From the NCBI RefSeq assembly GCF_009914755.1, contig NC_060941.1: DNA of 64,000 nt, one strand, 5' to 3'. A program made the translations under genes and the position numbers. The notes under the pieces were generated by a model. It was not told the origin of the DNA. It saw only the letters and a program-made list of their open reading frames with translations, and made no database searches. The stretch is from the human T2T-CHM13v2.0 reference genome, Homo sapiens. How positions within the stretch are numbered: position 1 is the first letter of the stretch; the number at the start of each line of letters is the position of its first letter. Below, one piece after another: positions 53,855 through 64,000 of this stretch.

Positions 53855-53990
53855 TGCCTCAGTTTCCTCATCTGTACAAGGGAGGTGATCATAATTACAC
53901 TGACCTATTAGTGAGTATTAAATTAACGAGGATTAAATGAGCTATTGTGCAGAAAGTCTTAAGACAACTTTTGGTACATCATAAATTTGT
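53855..53990 (+). mobile_element. MIR
   Basis: TGCCTCAGTTTCCTCATCTGTA; GAGGATTAAATGAG. Confidence 0.8.
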
Positions 53991-54662
53991 TTGGGAGGCG
54001 TTAACCATTCACGTTGTAGTTGAAGCACATTAGATGTGTCTTCGTGTTCTGCACTCTGAAGACATCGTGTGGACTAACAGCAAAGTAATAAGATGAAAGT
54101 TTGTGTGGTGAAGTAAACGATCCTATTACCATAGTTGAACCATAGCTTATGAATTATTCCTTAGTGCTCTTCTCTGCTTTCATAAAATCATAATCCGTGT
54201 TTTAAGATTTACTTGTACTTTTTTTTTTTTTAGGCCACTAGGCTGTTCTCAGCTCTCTAGATACTCAGCAAAGCACAGTCATTTCCAGGAAATGGATTGA
54301 AATTGTAATGCAGATTTGGTTTAGATGTATGCAAGTGGCTTTGGAGAGTAACAATGCAATCTACTTAAGGAGATTGGAAAATTTAGGATATTGAAGATTT
54401 AAGGAACGGGTTGGCCCAAGTAACAAAACCATTGCCCTAGTCAATCTATAGTGGCCACTTGGAACACTGGATGGAAGAGGATTGGGGGCAGCATTGGGGC
54501 TGTTGTCAGTAAGTGACATCTGCCATGGGGTAGAAGGGTTTGTCATTCCTGGCCTTACCTTGATCCTTTCTCATGAAGGAAGTACAAGATATTATTGAGA
54601 GGATCTGACAGGGAGAATTGGTCTAGTTTTGGGTACTCGAGGAAGTTTGTGTGAAGTAAGAT

Positions 54663-55066
<404 letters not shown>

Positions 55067-55434
55067 TAGAGTTTTAGAAAATAAAGTTACCAAAAACTCA
55101 AAATAAAAGAAGTAGATTTATTGAGAAGTAAGTCTACAGGTTGTACTGGGGTTGGGGTGGGAGTGCTCCAAGGATTATGGCTCCTGAATTTCCCATTGTA
55201 GGACTGGGTAAAAGGTGGTAGGAACTAGAAAAAAAATGATATCACTTAATGACCACTTTGTCTCATAAATGAGATGACTAAAGCTTAAAAGGTAAGGTGA
55301 CTCACTCTGGGTCACAGAGCTGGCAATAGAATCCAGTGGCCTGGTTCCATCTTGACGGGGAGGGAGGGGGCATTGTTTGTTGCCCAGGTACCATGTCACA
55401 CTCTGAGTAACTTCTCTGCAGCCCTTGTATTTTC

Positions 55435-56099
55435 TCTGTAGGGGACAAGGGAAAACTTACCCTTTGTTTCTTGAAACAAAGGCAAATTAATAGGGGAAAA
55501 GCCATACAAATGATTAGCGTGCATGGGAGGAAAATCACAAAGCGATTACCCAGTATCCTAATGGGGTACAGATGTTTATATATCTTATTTTTTAGAGGAA
55601 AGGGAGAGGGGAAGTGTGGATGATTTTAGGGAGGTAGTAGATGATTTTTAGGGAATTTGATGGGCCTGAAGAACATACAATGGATTGGGACAAAGTCTGT
55701 TGGGCAGACAATGGTTTGTGACAAAATTCTGTCCAGGTGTGTTGACCGAATTCAGGCTTTCTTTATGCGATATGAGTTCAGTTAATGAAAACACAGGGGA
55801 GTGACCAGAAGTGATTGTTTCCTTCTTTGGCGTTTCTGTCTTCCTCTTTTTTTGTTCTATTCCCTTATTTTGCAACCTTTTGGATGTTACCCTTTGGAAG
55901 TTACCCTCTTGTAACTTCCACATTAAAAGTTTGGGGGCTGGCAGATAGAAGGAACTCCAGAGAACAACTTGATTCTGTGCTTTGGGAGAGACAGAGAAAT
56001 GAGGGGTGTGGAGGAAGGTCAGAGAGACCCTGAGGCTTCTGCCTCACTTCAGCATGTCAAAGCACCCTATTTTGGGGTATTGCTTTCTGAGCCCCAACA
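55435..56099 (-). mobile_element. ERV1 LTR, MER34/MER39-family-like
   Basis: Reverse complement starts TGTTGGGGCTCAGAAAGCAATACCCCAAAAT; interrupted at 55839-55942. Confidence 0.7.
55839..55942 (+). repeat. Near-identical copy of 53384-53486
   Basis: About 103 bp with one substitution and one T-run indel. Confidence 0.95.
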
Positions 56100-56544
56100 T
56101 CTCCAGCCTTCCAGGAGTCTGTGGCATATCCTTCCCCAAAGGAGTAGGATCACTTGACCACTCTACTGAACCTAAGTTGTTTTTCATTTTCTTTTGCATC
56201 TGCCTTGAAGTCTAGAGCAAATGAAAATACAACAACACTGTGTAAACAAAACACACAAAAAAGCTGCTCTGATCTTTCTGTTTTCTCAGGTGCAAAACAG
56301 GTCTTATCTAAAGCAACTGAAAAGGCATGGAGGTAGCAATTGCTTTGCTATTCCAGGAACTAGTAGCCACCACATGTGTAAAACTATTGAAGAACAAGTT
56401 TTCAACCTTCTGCTGTGAAAAGGTACACAGGAATGGCTAAAGTCTCTCTAGAACCCGTACCTTCCTGGAGCAAAGGGAAGACCTGGGAAACGTTTTGACA
56501 AAGCAATGCTTACGATATTTTTCAATATCAGGGGAATTCAGTCA

Positions 56545-57566
56545 GTCTTCTTTCTTTTTTGTTTGGCCAGTTTAGCTAAAGTTTTGTCAATTTTGTTGAT
56601 CCTTTCAAAGAGCCAACTTTTGGTTTTGTTCAGTTTCTCTGTTATTTTTCTATTCTCTAGTTCATTAGTTAATTAATTTAGGTTAATTAATTAATTTAGG
56701 TTTGACTTGCTTTTTTTGTTCCGCTGTCTTCAGGTGGAAGGTTAAGTTATTGATGCGAAATCATTTTCTTTTTTAATATATGCATTTACAGCTATACACT
56801 TCTCTTTAGGTAGCACAGCCTTAGCTGTGTCACTTAAGTTTTGGTATGTTGTATCTTCATTTCTAATCATCTCAAATTATTTTCTACTCTCCCTTGTGAT
56901 TTCCTCTTAAACCCATTGGTTATTTGTGTGTGTTGTTTAATTTCCACATATTTATAAATTGCCTGAATTTCTAATTCTATTCCATTGTTGTCGGAGAACT
57001 TGCCTTGTATGAGTTCAGTCCTTTTAAATTTACTGAAGTTTGTTTTATGGTCTAGTATACGGTCTATCCTGGAGACTTCCACATGCACTGAAAAGAGAGT
57101 GTATTCTGCTGTGTTGAGTGATGTGTTCTGTTGATTTTTTAGGTCTAATTGGCTTATAATGTTCAAGTCTTCTGTTTCCATGTTGATCTTCTGCCTAGTT
57201 GTTCTATCCATTATTGAAAGTGGGGCACTAAGGTCTCCAACTATAGTTGTGATAGTTTAGTTTAATTGTGCATTTCTCTTACCAATTCTGTCAATTTTTG
57301 CTTTATGTATTTCAGGGCTCTGTTAGGCACATACCTGTTTATCATTGTATCTTCCTAAGGAATTACCCTTTGATCATTATAAAATGTCCCACTTTATCTC
57401 TGGTACCATTTTTTGTTTTAAAGTCTACTTTGTCTGATATTAGTACAGCCACTCCAGCTTTCTTATGGTTTACTGTTTACATGACATATTTTTCCTGTCC
57501 TTTAATTCCAGTCTATTTGTAACTTTGGATCTAAACTATCTCCTATAGACAGCATATAGTTGGGTC
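56545..57566 (-). mobile_element. Degenerate L1 ORF2 (endonuclease region) fragment
   Basis: ORF 56867-57211 (-) gives MDRTTRQKINMETEDLN...AEYTLFS...SRIDRILDHKTNFSKFK..., typical of L1 ORF2p EN; disrupted. Confidence 0.9.
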
Positions 57567-57692
57567 TTTTTTTTAGTAGAGATGGGGTTTTACCGTGTTA
57601 GCCAGGCTGGTCTCGATCTCCTGACCTCATGATCCACCCACCTTGGCCTCCCAAAGTGTTGGGATTACAGACGTGAGCCACCGCGCCCGGCC
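57567..57692 (-). mobile_element. Alu left arm only, abutting the L1
   Basis: Linker T-run then left arm; no right arm. Confidence 0.85.
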
Positions 57693-59320
57693 CAAGTTGT
57701 TTTTGAGAACACCTGTAGGGAGTGTTTCCTAGCCTTTGCATGTGTTACGCTTGCACACAGATGACAGATTGGCCATATGTAAAATTTTGGAGTAACTCTC
57801 TTTTCCCTCGCAATTCTTTTGATGGTGTTTCTTCGTATTTTTGGCCTCCCCCTCTACCTGGATTGCACTGGAGCCTGCTATCAAGCCTTGTGAGACGTGC
57901 CTTTTGTCCAGTTGTTGATCCTCCATTGTTACTCCACCCTTTCCTGCCCTCCTGGGCACTGGGCAAGCCTTAGTCCCACTCAGTCCCTTTCCCTTTTCTC
58001 TCCCTCCTCCCTCAAATCATCATGCTTGGGCTGGCGAGATATTACCTAGGGCTACTGAAAAGTCACTTTACTATGGGCAAGCATATAAATCATATTTGTA
58101 ACTGGCTTTTACCTACTGAAAAAATTTCAATATATTTTAATGTGAAGAGACACTGCTGAAGAAAAGGAAATGAAGAAAAGGTGAAGTAAGATTTTACACA
58201 CATTTTCAGATTAGATGATACTAATGTTCCTGAATATACAATCTCCCTTTAGATTTAAGATATTGTTTTTAGTTTAGTTTAGTTTTGCTTTGTTTTTCAA
58301 ATCACTGCCCTAATCATGAATTTCAGTCTTTGGGAGAAGGAATGGCCCTCATGGGGTGGGGAAAGCAGTAGTTTTTTCAGGTGTAACTGACTTTTAATTG
58401 ACACAAATTTACAAATTTATATTACACAAGCTGAAAACAATTTTTTTCTGTTTAAATAATGTATTTGCTATCTGAATGATCATGTAAATTCAGGACAGGA
58501 TTTGCCTATTTTTATTTTATTATACTAATAATAAAACCCCAATTCAAATGACTTTTGAGTACTTACTATACGCGATGTACTGCGGGTAAACAAGAAAATT
58601 TCTTAAATTCTCATTCAATAATTGGAAATCGATTAAATTACACCTATACTAGGAGAGATTTTATGCAACCATTGATAATTTTTGAAGAATATTTAAAGAT
58701 ATGGGAAATGCTGATAATATATTCAGTTAGAAAGGGCACATTTCAAAGTAATATATTCAGTATAATTTTCATCGTATCTAAAAAAAATTCAAAACCAGAA
58801 TTCAAAACTAGGAAGAATATGTACCCAAATGTTAACATTGTCTATTTCTGGATTTGTTTTTTTAAAAAAGTTTCCTTATTCTAATTTTTCTAGAATGAAA
58901 ACAAATCGATGCTATAATCAGTTGCTAGTATGGTGGTGGTGGTGGTTTCTTGTAATGACATAGACCTACTCGTTAGGATTGCCAGGAATGGACACATTCA
59001 TCCCACTTCAACGAGTCACTGTGACCTCTTAGAAAAGGTGGGATAGAGGCAGGGCCTTGATGGAAGAGTAAAATATTCATAGATGAATACATAGAAAGAA
59101 TGACTGAGTCACTGAGCAGAGAAGCCACGCTGAGAATGTGTGCAGAACAGAGCAGGCAAGCAGTCAGTAACCGGGGTGGATGATGCTGAGACTAGGGTGG
59201 GTATGAGTCAAGGCCGAGTCCGAGAGCTGCAAAAACTTGGGAGAGGAGTTCAGATGTTGCTGTGTACGTTGGAGAAAATCATTAAAGGTTTCAGATTTGC
59301 AGTGAGATTTAGATCTGTCT

Positions 59321-59623
59321 GGCCACGCATGGTGGCTCACACCTGTAATCCTAGCACTTTGGGAGGTAGAGGTAGGCGGATCACTTTAGGTCACAAGTTC
59401 GAGACCAGCCTGGTCAACATGGTGAAACCCCATCTCCACTAAAAATACAAAAATTAGCCGGGCGTGGTGGCATGCATTTATAATCCCAGCTACTCGGGAG
59501 GCTGAGGCAGGGGAATCACCTGAACCAGGAGATGGAGGTTTCAGTGCGCTGGGATCGTACCGCTGCACTCCAGCCTGGGTGACAGGGCAAGACTTGGTCT
59601 CAAAAAAAAAAAAAAAAAAAAAA
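59321..59623 (+). mobile_element. Alu (AluS-like)
   Basis: Full dimer with A-tail. Confidence 0.9.
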
Positions 59624-60064
59624 AGAGTAGAACTGTGTTATTGAAGGCTGGGAGACCAGGGGCAGGAGAGCATTTAGGAGGTGTGCTCCTGGTTTGTTCT
59701 TTCTCTTACTGGTCCTTCTCAGTGTCCTTCCTGGGTTTTTCTTCCTTCCCCTACCCCTTCACTGTTGTTGCTCCTGGGTACTGTTTAGTGCCCATCGCTC
59801 CATGGCTTCACTGACCATCTGAGTGCTGTGGTCTTCTGACCCTGAGCTGCAACCTGGATCGCTTTCCTGGGCTGCAAACCAGGATGTGTTTAAACATGTC
59901 CAGGCCACCTAGTTGTCCCCGGAATCCTTAACCTCACAGGAAGTTATTTTTTCCAAAGCCTGCTCCTCCTCCTTCTATATTTAATTCCCAAGAGTAATCT
60001 CCGTTCTCCCATCCTACCAGTTACGCAGCCAGAAAATTGAATGTCCTCATGAAATTTGCAAAGC

Positions 60065-60600
60065 TGTTACCAGAAAGGGGCCCTGATCCAGACCCCAAGA
60101 GAGGGTTCTTGGATCTCAAGGAAGAAAGAATTCAGGTCGAGTCTACAAAGTGAAAGCAAGTTTATTAAGAAAGTAGAGAATAAAAGAATGGCTACTCCAT
60201 AAACAGAGCAGCCTGGAGGGCTGCTGGTTGCCCAGTTTTACGGTTATTTCTTAATGATGTGCTAAACAAGGGGTGGGTTATTCATGCCTACTCTTTTACA
60301 CCATATAGGGTAACTTCCTGATGTTGCCATGGCATTTGTAAACTGTCGTGGCTCTGGTGGGAGTGTAGCAGTGAGGACGACCAGAGGTCACTCCTGTCGC
60401 CATCTTGGTTTTGGTGGGTTTTACCTGGGTTCTCTACTGCAAACCTGTTTTTTTATGACCTGTATCTCACGCCGACCTTCTGTCTCATCCTGTGACTTAG
60501 AATGCCTTAACTCTCTGGGAATGCAGCCCAGTAGATCTCAGCCTCATTTTACTCAGCCCCTATTCAAGATGGAGTTGCTCTGGTTCAAATGCCTCTGACA
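60065..60600 (-). mobile_element. MER41 LTR (length consistent with MER41A)
   Basis: Reverse complement begins TGTCAGAGGCATTTGAACCAGAGCAACTCCATCTTGAATAGGGGCTG and ends GGGGTCTGGATCAGGGCCCCTTTCTGGTAACA. Confidence 0.85.
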
Positions 60601-61519
<919 letters not shown>

Positions 61520-62362
61520 CGTGTTCAACCGGGTTTGACTTAGTTTTTCCTCAGACTTATTTGACTGTGGTCCCCTCTGATCAGAAGAAAAAAATGCTTT
61601 AAAGTGTGACATATATCACATCCTTTCCATGTTAGAAAAACACACTTTGGGGAACATTCCCACATACTTGGGGGTGGGGAGGAAGAATCAACTTCCTGAG
61701 TGTATTAACTCAGAGAAATATTATTAGAAATGGTGGCTGAGTTTTTATTTGGGGGAATTTTGGGTCAATTCGTCTTCTCTGAGCAAGCCTAATGACGTCA
61801 TTTCTATGAATGGATTTGGAGCTTTGAAACACTTTAGCCTGAAAAGAAACGTCTAGAACACAGCCGGCTCAAATCGGAGACCAATTGACTTCAATGAGTC
61901 TTAAGTACACAATCTGCTGCCTTTATGCAGAGGTTTGGGAATTATTTTGGAAAGATAGGAGGTTCCTCCTATTGGGAGGCTTCCAGTCAGTATCTTAGAT
62001 CTCTAAGTGCTGAAACACTTGAAGCTGAGCACAGGGCATTGGGTGAGTAAAGGGAAAGTGAAATAGACAGCCTTGGGCAACACATTTGTCCTTCCTTCCT
62101 CTGCCCCAGGTCCTAGACTAATCTGGGTCTAAAGCAGGAGTTGCTTAAGAGACTCAGCCCACACAGTGGCTTCACTGTCTTTCACTCTGTCTGCAGATCT
62201 GGGAATCAGAGCCCCCTCTGGCTTCTTTGGCCACCATGTGGCCCACTTTCAGGACACCCCGAACCTGCCTTGTCACTAATCCCTGCGTCCAGAGCTGATG
62301 TGCGCACCCCTTTCCTTCTCTCCAAGACCCCCATTCCTAACAGCATTCCTGCCCCTCTTTAG

Positions 62363-62914
<552 letters not shown>

Positions 62915-63425
62915 TAATTGCCATTAACAATGGACAATATATTTTTTTAGATTTTTCTTTTTCTATTCATATATGAGTACACGCGTTTGCATTTTAGCAA
63001 AACTCCTGCTATACCTACTGTTTTGCAGCTTACTTTCCTTCCCCCACATAATTATGCAACTGGGGCATCTTTCCATCTTGGCAAGGAGAGCTCTATTTCA
63101 TGATTTAATAGCTGTATTGTATTTCATTGTTTGGATGTACCATGATTTATCTAACGGATCCCATTGATGGACAACTGGAGTTTTTCCAGCTTTGTTATTG
63201 CATATAATGTAGACATGAATAATCTTAAGCACATAAATCTTTGCACAATTGCAAAAGGGTTTCTCTAGGATAAATTCCTAGGTAGAGTAGCTAGGTAAAA
63301 TGGTAAGAACATCTTTAATTTTAATAGACGTTGCCAAATCATCTTCCTAAAGGACTTAACCATTTTGTTCTTCCACCACATTGTGGACCGAGGTCGGTTC
63401 CCTTCACCTCGTCAATACTGGCTAG

Positions 63426-63728
<303 letters not shown>

Positions 63729-64000
63729 TAGCTTTTTAAATTTTTAATACTTTGATAGATGGGAAATGTTTTAGTTTACATTTTAAACATTTGTTTTGCA
63801 GGTCTTCCCATTGCAAAACTCTAGGGTGATACTGATTACTTGAGGTTGAACATTTTCATATGTTAATTGGCCATTTGTATTTCTTCTCTAAATTTCTGCC
63901 TGGTCTCCTGCTGATGATGCACTTGAATTTCGCATTGCTGTTCGCTGCCTGCCAGGATGGAAAATCTATTCCTTCTCTTCAGACCTGCCCTTCCCTGCCC

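Noticed and set aside
56867-57211. Endonuclease-like ORF as a possible novel nuclease
   Set aside because: Decayed L1 ORF2 fragment with indels and no reverse transcriptase.
60065-60600. MER41 as an interferon-gamma-inducible STAT1 enhancer
   Set aside because: I found no TTC-N3-GAA motif in this copy, and its length fits MER41A, which lacks the tandem GAS sites of MER41B.

Overview
Human (primate) genomic DNA that is very rich in repeats, with no recognisable protein-coding exon. The long ORFs in the supplied track are almost all Alu, SVA, L1 or LTR read-throughs. The landmark is a MADE1 (Hsmar1 MITE) hairpin at about 23.4 kb. Its minus strand carries the mature miR-548d-5p and -3p sequences and its plus strand carries miR-548aa, which identifies the MIR548D2/MIR548AA2 locus. 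From recalled annotation this places the window inside the large first intron of PITPNC1 (17q24.2, + strand); I could not verify that by search. By manual count there are about 65 Alu/FLAM/FAM copies, roughly 3:1 antisense. Other repeats are a young 5'-truncated SVA with a perfect 16-bp TSD, a 7SL pseudogene, L1/L2/MIR fragments, LTRs (LTR16, MLT1, MER34/39-like, MER41) and DNA transposons (MER58, MER5, MER20, MER30, Tigger3a, MADE1). The unexplained structure of most interest is (i) several short (80-190 bp) direct-orientation local copies inserted 0.9-2.5 kb from their donors, one almost identical, and (ii) a second 44-bp inverted repeat abutting the miR-548 hairpin, about 330 bp from the sense-oriented SVA. 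I see no evidence for a novel coding system. Repeat subfamily calls are from memory of consensus sequences, and repeat boundaries are approximate.
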